A stretch of 58,885 bases of DNA from a virus. Its lineage: Duplodnaviria > Caudoviricetes. The DNA lies in IMG/VR virus record IMGVR_UViG_3300034120_000898, positions 1 to 58,885 of that record; one strand, 5' to 3'. A program made the translations under genes and the position numbers. Below the pieces are notes generated by a model. It worked only from the letters and a program-made list of their open reading frames with translations. It ran no database searches and was not told where the DNA came from. Shown piece after piece: positions 52,101-58,885 of the stretch (positions are counted from its first letter, which is position 1; each line of letters starts with the position of its first letter).

Positions 52101-52401
52101 AATCTTTTACCAAAAGCAATTGAGAGAATTTATCTTCGTAACCAATTCCACCCTTACCCAAAACGTAGCACTTAACATTGTACCACCCTGGTAAAGAATA
52201 CGAATGGGTTGCTGTTATGGATTTTGATGTTGTTCCGTCACCAAAATCCCAAAAAATTTCTCTAGTAGAATACAAATTTCCATCTCCATCATCAAAAACA
52301 GGTATAAATGTAAATGGTGTTATAGGAAGAGTATAACCACTTGTGGTATACGTTCCCGTATGGTCTAATGTATAGAAATATATGTATCTATATTTATCCA
52401 T
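49111..52401 (-). CDS. baseplate-region protein with N-terminal PKD domain and a central beta-propeller
   Basis: 'WDFGDGTTS....THSYSLPGWYNV'; repeated 'I..D..GNVWV'-type blades; immediately downstream of the gp6-like gene. Confidence 0.7.
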   Translation of the reverse strand: MDKYRYIYFYTLDHTGTYTTSGYTLPITPFTFIPVFDDGDGNLYSTREIFWDFGDGTTSKSITATHSYSLPGWYNVKCYVLGKGGIGYEDKFSQLLLVKDFITDTLVLTGFNKKTQAGTRESPFEVFRYNSWQTYDPKNPVPYTINLHVTGNNSPILDVVKYEKDKWGHLKATARFESLTNDPYNGSEAILPVNTVETSNEELYVRLVNNQLVFCDKNDRGSCFAGTYGRKRFFYIDDVIKQPINITVSKPTRIFVSFDSRRFKDHDSFNKNYPSTTYPIINTILDANSYAVLMQKADSDRLTITSNGIDSDGYDNPITSFNIYEEKYTNQKIPFVVRIKDPKNSPSKGNKVLTLTDSNPPSSAQVYVCLRDENNNKIDGIQFYSNFGVLSSETYGGFFKGYFISDKELRNVHIHAVAAPTVFEEYRTQTTYFIINEPQYEKVHDIRFQTDASTGTKTLVDTIRTVDSLSGIYSSCVVTRLDPTSRQYVNEIWLVDADRDKISKYDGSFNVLYNNFTLPDSCSPSDICADSSGDVWVTLYDSISVLKISTISNLVYPNRIIVSSLANQIINEQNTITPASIDTDRDNNVWVSYSNQLSSFIEKYNSVGGLLVSKILDPAYQITEIVTDRKMNVWGIMKDKSVTNTLSSKNDQVFKIDKFGQNVEYFSVQGSLWNITIDVYDNIWVTKNINQVAKINNILNTINTYTLSTVAVNDQYNYISDLEGIACTTENIIVVVDNKNKKLHSFDSDVDTSGTGFIVESLDLHSISNNPVNIQDKLNAYGDWNGFKFINKYVRADAQEFRILGDSNTFSIYSNRSGGLNIRKLNENFDLKTQINSYRFQEYLVNSNILFQDFIGTIVGDSTSSPAYLGKLIYEKISNFTDNVNNIDTCNIQALESMYSMFDETLYSFKNNDYNFPAELNRLVDIFSINFSKIKGSRNKFDQNYDKKGYTSVDSIYGTNKGDELNFFTSVLTAGVDIIAYEKFSETYQRINTNLLSSSYINFIDPVNRTYALSSYHKNWGWGLSLPDEYVNEQIPRYYQFFEYKKAYLDLQTEGLINWADPYNTISEKISSVNQWDQIKNKMITYSLAKGLGVIK
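49112..49117 (-). promoter_or_regulatory. late promoter core TAAATA
   Basis: TAAATA-N5-GTG(49106). Confidence 0.7.
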
Positions 52402-52402
52402 T

Positions 52403-54232
52403 TTAAACTACCTCAATTTTATTGATTAGATTAGATATTTGATAGAAAAACGGAAATTGAAAATAACTTAACTTCAAATTTTGTGCTGTGGATCGTATTG
52501 TAGAGCCACTATATAATGGATTCCAATATATAAAATTTAATTTGGATGATTTATATTCTGTATTTCCTACTTGTCTAACTGTTTCTAATGATTTCACTCC
52601 ATTTAAACTCAATATCTCATAACTAAGATTTGAAATATCCATTGATTGACCTAATTCATTGTTGCTCTGATCGAAAAAATTCTTTATTAGAGCATAAACA
52701 GAATTTTTTATTTGATCTTTAGATAAAAGCTCATCATCTTTTCTTGTTATTCTTATAATAGTTTGATCTTTTACTGTTGTTGATATATTAGTTTCTCCTG
52801 TTACTGGTAAACCTATTTCAAATGCTAAATATACTGGATCACTAACAACAATATTATGTGATATCATTTTATAATCATTTAATTTGTCTATTATAGACAT
52901 TTTTTGTGAATAAAACAATTCTGTTGGTGTGGTTTCATTGATTATGACTCCTAGTCTTGGAACACAAAAGAAATAAACATTATTAAAATCACATGCATCA
53001 TTAAATGATACTTGATTAAACAATAATTTGTCATCTAAATTTGGTCTCTCTAATCCCAAATCATAAAAATATGCCAAGTATTCACTTGTATAAAGCTTGT
53101 TAGATACCGCTTTAATACTTTGTAATATATTAGAGAAGTTCTTATTAATAATAGCTTCGTAATCGAATACAGTAACTGCTCTATTTTGTGCTGAAAATAT
53201 CAAAGGAGCATTACGTCTTATTTCTTCAACAGTTTCTATAAATTTTGGAGGCACTGAAGCATAAGAATTATTCAATTTCAATCCAGTTATTTGATTTGGG
53301 TCCAAATAATTAGAATTTGTATCTTTTATATCATTAAATATCGCATCAAATTGTACAGTATTGTATAATACAAAGACTCCTTCTCTAGCAGTGTTAGATC
53401 CGATAACTCCTCTTGCTCCATCACTTTCTAAATAATATAAAGCTATAGTATCTCCTGAATTTAACTGCTTTCCATTTACATTATTGCCTACTTTTACTTC
53501 AGTATGCCCATATTCATTAACTCTCTTCTCAAATACTGTAGAAATACTATTTGCTAGATAAAGACTACTAATTTCTTTCCATTCAGACCACTTTTGTGTA
53601 TTAACATCCTTAACAAACATATAAACTTGATTGTTATCAATCATTTTTGTTGATCCAAGATCTGAGGGATAGTCTATATTAATGGTAAATTGTTCATTCT
53701 CTTCACCAATTGAAGTATATACTGGATATTCTCTAAATACTCCTTGATATAATACGTTATTCTTTCCAATACTCTCTATATATTCATTCCCTGATCTAGT
53801 TTTTTGAAATGTTACATCACTATTGAATGAATACGGAACATTTCTTATCGTTATATTTGAAAATCTCTTTATTGTGTATGTATATGGAGATAATATAGAA
53901 TCGTTTGCACTAACATCAAAGTTTAATGTTGATGTATTATTGCCAGTTGGCTTGTATTGTATCAAAGATACAATTTTATTCATGTTTTCAAACAAATCTG
54001 CTTGGGTAAACATCGAATCTGATGCTGTTTGGTTGAGATAAAACAATAATACATGGTATGTATAGGCAACAACATCTATTAATCCAGACATGTTACTTCC
54101 TTCATAGTCCACATCAGGAAATAAACCGCTATCTTTCAAACGATTTATTATTAATTGCTTCATACTTACTGCATCAAATGCAGCATAAGCATTTCTTGGT
54201 AGATTAAATTCTGTAAAATTTGATGTGCTCAT
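52403..54232 (-). CDS. gp6: baseplate wedge subunit, T4 gp6-like
   Basis: 'FD...MKQLI...F.DVDYEGSNMS.LIDV.AY..H...FY.N', 'ETVEEIRRNAP..FSAQNRAVT..DYE'. Confidence 0.85.
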   Translation of the reverse strand: MSTSNFTEFNLPRNAYAAFDAVSMKQLIINRLKDSGLFPDVDYEGSNMSGLIDVVAYTYHVLLFYLNQTASDSMFTQADLFENMNKIVSLIQYKPTGNNTSTLNFDVSANDSILSPYTYTIKRFSNITIRNVPYSFNSDVTFQKTRSGNEYIESIGKNNVLYQGVFREYPVYTSIGEENEQFTINIDYPSDLGSTKMIDNNQVYMFVKDVNTQKWSEWKEISSLYLANSISTVFEKRVNEYGHTEVKVGNNVNGKQLNSGDTIALYYLESDGARGVIGSNTAREGVFVLYNTVQFDAIFNDIKDTNSNYLDPNQITGLKLNNSYASVPPKFIETVEEIRRNAPLIFSAQNRAVTVFDYEAIINKNFSNILQSIKAVSNKLYTSEYLAYFYDLGLERPNLDDKLLFNQVSFNDACDFNNVYFFCVPRLGVIINETTPTELFYSQKMSIIDKLNDYKMISHNIVVSDPVYLAFEIGLPVTGETNISTTVKDQTIIRITRKDDELLSKDQIKNSVYALIKNFFDQSNNELGQSMDISNLSYEILSLNGVKSLETVRQVGNTEYKSSKLNFIYWNPLYSGSTIRSTAQNLKLSYFQFPFFYQISNLINKIEVV

Positions 54233-54234
54233 GA

Positions 54235-54714
54235 TTATTGTCTAAAAACGTAACCATTATTATTTAATGTGCCTAATAAGGGTACATTAATTATATTTAA
54301 AGATGGTATATTTATTACCAATGTTATGTCAAATTCATTAACATCTTCCAAAACTGTTATGTTAATGTTCTTTATTTTAACTCTAGGCTCAAATTTAGCT
54401 ATTTGCCTGTATATTTCATCCCGTATGTTCTCTGCAACGTCTCTAGTTGCTGGATCAAATAGATATTTTCTAAGGTCCATTCCGAATTCTGGATTCAAAA
54501 CCTTCTCTCCTGGTGTTGTGGAGAATAAATTTGCCAAGGAATTCTTAATAGCATTTATATCATAGTCTAATTTGAAATCATTTATCTCTGGTTTTTGGTA
54601 TAAAGTGTTTCCTACATTGTAACTACCTTCCAAATCCAGATGAAGATCAGCATATAAATATTGTTTTCCTCCATTTATATTCTTTGGAAGACCATTTAAT
54701 GTTATTAATGCCAT
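54235..54714 (-). CDS. gp25: baseplate wedge subunit, T4 gp25-like
   Basis: 'AIKNSLANLFSTTPGEKVLNPEFG..L...LF.P......I...I...I..FEPRV'. Confidence 0.9.
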   Translation of the reverse strand: MALITLNGLPKNINGGKQYLYADLHLDLEGSYNVGNTLYQKPEINDFKLDYDINAIKNSLANLFSTTPGEKVLNPEFGMDLRKYLFDPATRDVAENIRDEIYRQIAKFEPRVKIKNINITVLEDVNEFDITLVINIPSLNIINVPLLGTLNNNGYVFRQ

Positions 54715-54719
54715 AAAAT

Positions 54720-54741
54720 TATTTAACAGAGATGATAAATA
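54720..54741. promoter_or_regulatory. back-to-back divergent late promoter cores
   Basis: TAAATA on the minus strand (54720-54725) N5 to ATG 54714, and TAAATA on the plus strand (54736-54741) N5 to ATG 54747. Confidence 0.75.
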
Positions 54742-54746
54742 ATCGT

Positions 54747-55280
54747 ATGGAAAAGAAATTTATTAAAGTCTTAGAATCTGCTATGTCTAGATACACCCGT
54801 GGAGGGTTTTTAGTTGGTGATTATGTAGAATTTGTTAAAAACTACAAAACTTTGGAAGCATATAAACAATTACAAGACTTAATGAGAGAAACCATTGATG
54901 ATTTGATAAAATCCAACCTTAGAATTCGTGTTGTTGGTGTAGATGATTATTATCCTGTACGGTTTGCAGGTTCAGCGGAACATACAAACGGAAAAGTGAC
55001 AATTAAAATAGCTGCTGATCATGGAGGAGGAAGAAATATGTATGCTATTACCGTTTGTCCTAGTTTATTAACAGTATTAGATTTCTATCCAAATTTAGCT
55101 CCTTTGCCAGACCAATTTAACCGTCCAAACAACGAAATTCTCCAACCTAAAGAGGTTGGAGAAGTCCAAGGAGCAATCAAAGGTGCTGATTATTCTCTCC
55201 CCACAAAGAATGTGGAGTTGAAAATAACTAAATCTAAGAAGAAAAAGGGAGAATCATATACTGCTAACTACATGCAGTAG
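54747..55280 (+). CDS. hypothetical late protein (start revised to ATG 54747)
   Basis: The promoter motif fixes the start at MEKKF... Confidence 0.7.
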   Translation: MEKKFIKVLESAMSRYTRGGFLVGDYVEFVKNYKTLEAYKQLQDLMRETIDDLIKSNLRIRVVGVDDYYPVRFAGSAEHTNGKVTIKIAADHGGGRNMYAITVCPSLLTVLDFYPNLAPLPDQFNRPNNEILQPKEVGEVQGAIKGADYSLPTKNVELKITKSKKKKGESYTANYMQ

Positions 55281-56205
55281 CTAAAATCTTAGAAAGAGAC
55301 ACAATACAAGCAAAAAAGTTAATTTCCACATCAATTACATGGCTATGTCTATCCATATGGTGTGCTAATACCAATATGCACTCTTTTTTCTTCAAATCAT
55401 CCACACAAGCATCGTAGATTTGATTCAAAATGCCTTTTAATAGCCTATGGTAGTCTGATTGGAAGACTGTTTCGTTAGAAATAACAAACTTTCTAACCTC
55501 ACAGATATCAATTTTCTTGATCTTTTCTACTAAATCGACCAAAAACTCGTTATCTACGCCTGTATTACGAATTTCTAGTACTCCAGACGAAGAAAATCGT
55601 TGTAAAGTGTTCAATATCTTCCTAATATCTGGAAAATTGTCTCTAATTAGCGTATGAAATAGAGGATATTGCTCTTTTGGTATCGAAACATTCTCTTTAG
55701 CCAAGATTTTTGCACAATGTTTGGCTACTTCTACTAAAGTAGGCTCAAAACTAATGGTTTGACACCTGCTTTGAATAGGAGTTATAATTTTGTGCTTGTA
55801 ATTTGCTGTTAAAATGAATCTAGTGTTGTCAGAATACTCCTCCATAACATTACGGAGTGCTCTAGCTCCATCACCACTTAGAGAGTCTGCTTCATCAAGG
55901 ATCACAACCTTGATTCCACCATCAAAAGATTTGGTTTGAGCAAATCCAATGATCTTATGTCTAATGGTATCAATACCATTTTCGTCTGAAGCATTGATAT
56001 ATAGATAATCACATTTCAAAATGTCATTAACTATGATCTTAGCTGTTGAAGTTTTTCCTGTACCAGGGGTCGAAACAAACAAAAGATGCGGAATATCTTT
56101 GTTTGTTTTATAAACTTCCAATACTTTTCTAGTTTCATCAGATAAAATCAAAGTATCTAATGATTTAGGACGATATTTCTCACACCAAATGTTGTTAATG
56201 TTCAT
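55264..56205 (-). CDS. gp44: sliding-clamp loader AAA+ subunit (T4 gp44 / RFC small subunit); start probably ATG 56205
   Basis: 'WCEKYRP', Walker A 'PGTGKT', 'INASDENGIDTIR', Walker B 'VILDEAD', 'IQSRC'. Confidence 0.92.
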   Translation of the reverse strand: MNINNIWCEKYRPKSLDTLILSDETRKVLEVYKTNKDIPHLLFVSTPGTGKTSTAKIIVNDILKCDYLYINASDENGIDTIRHKIIGFAQTKSFDGGIKVVILDEADSLSGDGARALRNVMEEYSDNTRFILTANYKHKIITPIQSRCQTISFEPTLVEVAKHCAKILAKENVSIPKEQYPLFHTLIRDNFPDIRKILNTLQRFSSSGVLEIRNTGVDNEFLVDLVEKIKKIDICEVRKFVISNETVFQSDYHRLLKGILNQIYDACVDDLKKKECILVLAHHMDRHSHVIDVEINFFACIVSLSKILATACS

Positions 56206-56206
56206 A

Positions 56207-56665
56207 TTATCTTCCAGAAGAACCAAATCCTTTGTCTCCACGGTTGGTTTCGTCTTTTGTTTCTGACCAAGAGATATCAGATTCTATCAATTTGTAAACA
56301 ACTAACTGAGCAATTCTATCACCTTTATTAACTTTATATTCTACATCTGTATTATTGATCAATGCTGCTCCTAGCTTTCCTCTATAAGAGCAATCAATAA
56401 CACCAGGAAACGCAGTAATCCCATGTCTAAAAAACATTCCTGATCGAGATTCAATCCTAATCCAATAACCTCTTTCAATAAAGCCAATATCTAATCCAAT
56501 AGGTACGATAGTCGTACTGTGTGGCGGTATATTAACGTCTTCAACAGAATAAATGTCATATCCAGTGTCTCCAACTAACGGTTCTTCGTTGTTTCTTTTT
56601 GGAAGTTTGGCATCTTCGTGTGTTTTTACAAATTTAACAGTGATTTTTTCGGAATATACTGACAT
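56207..56665 (-). CDS. dut: trimeric dUTPase; start probably ATG 56665
   Basis: 'GYDI', 'RSG', 'GVIDCSYRG', 'GDRIAQL', 'RGDKGFGSSG'. Confidence 0.95.
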   Translation of the reverse strand: MSVYSEKITVKFVKTHEDAKLPKRNNEEPLVGDTGYDIYSVEDVNIPPHSTTIVPIGLDIGFIERGYWIRIESRSGMFFRHGITAFPGVIDCSYRGKLGAALINNTDVEYKVNKGDRIAQLVVYKLIESDISWSETKDETNRGDKGFGSSGR

Positions 56666-56672
56666 ATAGGCT

Positions 56673-56701
56673 AAATTACTATTATTTACTCTAGAAAGCA
56701 A
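56673..56701 (-). promoter_or_regulatory. sigma70-like early promoter
   Basis: TTGCTT-N17-TAATTT ending 7 nt before ATG(56665). Confidence 0.4.
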
Positions 56702-56711
56702 GCAAAAAACT

Positions 56712-56719
56712 TATAAATA
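56712..56719 (+). promoter_or_regulatory. full T4 late promoter consensus TATAAATA
   Basis: TATAAATA-N5-ATG(56725). Confidence 0.75.
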
Positions 56720-56724
56720 TTCGT

Positions 56725-57186
56725 ATGTCTGATGATAATGAACTAGATACTACAGTAAATTCTATATTAGATCAATTAAAAGATGTTCCTGCTGTAGCAA
56801 AAAAAGCAGAAAAACTTTCTGTTGATTCGAATAAAGAAGCTTTAGAAAATTTCGTAGTAGAATATGCTAGTCGTTTGATAGAAAACGCAACAGAGTCTGT
56901 GGAATACATTAAAGACTCTGTACAAGCCGCACCAACTGCTGATGATGTAATATCATTGGCAGAACTTATCAAGTCCACTTCTTCTGCTTTGGAAGTTTTA
57001 AACAAAATAGTAGTCAACAACAAAAAGATTGATACTTCTCTAGCTATAAAGAAAATGGATATAGAAAGCAAGAGAGAAGAATTAGAAATAAAATCTAATA
57101 CCATATTAATAGCTTCAAGAGAAGAGATGATGAATCAATTATTTAAAAAAGCTAAAACTATAGAAGCAAATGTAATTGATGTTTAA
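56725..57186 (+). CDS. possible terminase small subunit (T4 gp16-like)
   Basis: Size, late promoter, helical hairpin 'LIENATESVEYI...P....V..LAELIK.....L..L' and tail 'NTILIASREEMM.QL' recall the gp16 layout. Confidence 0.4.
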   Translation: MSDDNELDTTVNSILDQLKDVPAVAKKAEKLSVDSNKEALENFVVEYASRLIENATESVEYIKDSVQAAPTADDVISLAELIKSTSSALEVLNKIVVNNKKIDTSLAIKKMDIESKREELEIKSNTILIASREEMMNQLFKKAKTIEANVIDV

Positions 57187-58883
57187 GAGAATCTACAATA
57201 AGCATCATATGCTCCTGATTGCATTTTAGCATTGATAGATCCTTTTAATCCTTGGCCTTTTCCGTTCACTAATGCATTTCTCCAATCTGATTTACTAAAG
57301 AACATACATGCATATTGTGATGCTTCTTGTACCGTCCATTTTGCTAATGGCTCTTTAGTATCTGCAACCATTATAGACATTTTAAATTTATCGGTATTTC
57401 CATCTGCTCCATATAATCTGCTCCTATAATTTCCATTAGGAATATATTCATCTATCAAAAATTTAAATTTTCCTGTTAATAACCCACCACCAGATGTATC
57501 AGCTACCTGTCTTCTTTCTTTAAATACATTTCCGTTTCTATCAGTACATGTTATAATTAACACATCTCCTGTTTTCACTTGATTACTTCTAAGACTTTCT
57601 GGAGCAACAGCTATACTCTTAAGTGGTTGTAATAAATTATCAGAATTACCCACAGCCATTTGACTTCCTGAGTCTGGAGTCTCGTCATTAGGATAACCAT
57701 ACTTGGTTACTTTAACTTCACCAAAACCAAATTCCATTGTTCTTCCAGTTGTTGGAATAGTTTCTCCAGTATTAGACACAGTAGACCCAGAAGAAGCTGC
57801 TAAATCTAAAGGACCATTTCCAGCAGTCACAACAGAATCATTTGCTTTAGATTTTCCATTATTATAATCATTTGATAATACAGCTTTTTCTGTATCTTCG
57901 TATTTCATGATGTTATCTTTAGTGGGAATATCTAATGCATTAGCATATGTATTTTCTGTGGCATATTGACTTGGTGCTAAAGACCCTGTGATGTCAATTA
58001 AAGATGTTCTATCCCCATTTCGCAATCCAATATACTTTCTTTTGGCATAAGCAGTATTCATCTCTGGATCATACGGATTATATCTCATCAAATAATCATG
58101 TCGCCTATAACAATCTCCTAATCTTTGTCTTATATTCGCTTCTGATTCGGAATAACTTGCTGCTGCTGCATAGTATGTTGATGTATCACCAGTTAATGGT
58201 AATCGTTCAAAATCCGTATTAGGACTACTCATTCTTGAGTATTTCGTATCTGGTCCCAAACCTTGTCTTGATTGCTCTTTAACTCTTTCTCTGTCTTCTT
58301 TAGAAAAGAATGGCTTTACACCATCTCTATAAACATCTTCAGTCATCACTTTTAGTTTATAAAATTCTGATCTGAAAATTGGATTTATTTTATTTAACAT
58401 GTCTCTTCCGATATTCACAGGAGCATGCATAGCACTATCCAAACTATCACCAAGAATAGATGCCGAATCACTTAATGCTCTTCCGAAATCGGTTAGAGTT
58501 CCAAAAGTAGATGAAGGTTTAACAAAATAATTACAAGGTCTTTTACAAGTCTTTAATAAATTTGCTAATTTGTTTAAGAAATTATTATCGTTATGTATTT
58601 GTGTGTTATTAGTTACATAACATGCGTTTATAGTAGTCTTTGATTGATCACTACTAATCTTTTTTCCATTTAAATACAAATCCGTAGTAACTGTAGTGGT
58701 TGTTAAACAATCAGTTGTAGTAGTTGATATGCTTTTAACTCTATCAAAAGCTAATTTTACTTCGTTTTGTATTGTATTTCCATGATCATTAGGTTGATTT
58801 GTTACTTTTTTAACAAAGAAATCAAGAGTTTGAACATCTAAGTCAGGACCATTTATAATAAGTTTTTTTGTGAAGTTTCTTAA
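57183..58883 (-). CDS. large protein truncated at its 5' end by the window edge; C-terminal 3D/RlpA-like domain (possible virion muralytic protein)
   Basis: Frame stays open from 58679 to the window end. 'VTKYGY...SIAVAP......GDVL.I........QVADTSGG.......IDEY' resembles 3D/double-psi barrel motifs. Confidence 0.5.
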   Translation of the reverse strand, partial: LRNFTKKLIINGPDLDVQTLDFFVKKVTNQPNDHGNTIQNEVKLAFDRVKSISTTTTDCLTTTTVTTDLYLNGKKISSDQSKTTINACYVTNNTQIHNDNNFLNKLANLLKTCKRPCNYFVKPSSTFGTLTDFGRALSDSASILGDSLDSAMHAPVNIGRDMLNKINPIFRSEFYKLKVMTEDVYRDGVKPFFSKEDRERVKEQSRQGLGPDTKYSRMSSPNTDFERLPLTGDTSTYYAAAASYSESEANIRQRLGDCYRRHDYLMRYNPYDPEMNTAYAKRKYIGLRNGDRTSLIDITGSLAPSQYATENTYANALDIPTKDNIMKYEDTEKAVLSNDYNNGKSKANDSVVTAGNGPLDLAASSGSTVSNTGETIPTTGRTMEFGFGEVKVTKYGYPNDETPDSGSQMAVGNSDNLLQPLKSIAVAPESLRSNQVKTGDVLIITCTDRNGNVFKERRQVADTSGGGLLTGKFKFLIDEYIPNGNYRSRLYGADGNTDKFKMSIMVADTKEPLAKWTVQEASQYACMFFSKSDWRNALVNGKGQGLKGSINAKMQSGAYDAYCRFS

Positions 58884-58885
58884 TG

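Noticed and set aside
52403-54714. Bacterial extracellular contractile injection system or tailocin
   Set aside because: A T4-type gp6, clamp loader, dUTPase and T4-like late promoter motifs point to a phage genome.
28442-56205. Eukaryotic or giant-virus origin (RCC1, RFC, leishmanolysin, poxvirus-like TAAAT)
   Set aside because: Baseplate gp6/gp25, tail-collar domains and rho-independent terminators indicate a tailed prokaryotic virus.
359-58222. Short overlapping ORFs in the track (e.g. 359..592, 1944..2183, 9321..9518, 13175..13441, 26283..26636, 31578..31811, 49937..50251, 56772..57104)
   Set aside because: They are antisense shadows of long genuine genes, with no start motif or recognisable domain.
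1-58885. Stop-codon reassignment
   Set aside because: Genes are long and tightly packed under the standard code. TGA (24831, 25944) and TAG (55264, 55280) serve as plausible stops.
1-58885. tRNA, rRNA, introns, inteins, integrase or transposase
   Set aside because: None recognised. Intergenic gaps are under ~100 bp and the conserved enzymes are of normal length.

Overview
AT-rich segment of a large T4-like (myovirus) phage genome, mostly a much-expanded tail/baseplate module. Recognisable core genes are a gp6-like baseplate wedge, gp25, a gp44/RFC clamp-loader subunit, dUTPase, a PD-(D/E)XK nuclease and a possible gp16-like small terminase. About 20 large fibre/spike/adhesin genes surround them. 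Their domains include LamG, G8/beta-helix, Ig-like, Trp-repeat stalks, tail-collar, Mtd_N-like anchors, RCC1 propellers and a leishmanolysin-type metalloprotease. Three things stand out. (1) Two tandem Mtd_N-Ig-RCC1 adhesin genes; in the first, DNA-identical ~120-bp scaffolds alternate with unrelated 30-33-bp in-frame cassettes, and there is evidence of sequence exchange with the second. This suggests a non-DGR diversification system. (2) A rigid TAAATA-N5-start-codon motif at 16 genes with no evident Shine-Dalgarno, implying gene-by-gene leaderless late transcripts. (3) A tail-associated M8-like zinc protease. All family calls come from motif recognition by eye; no database searches were run.
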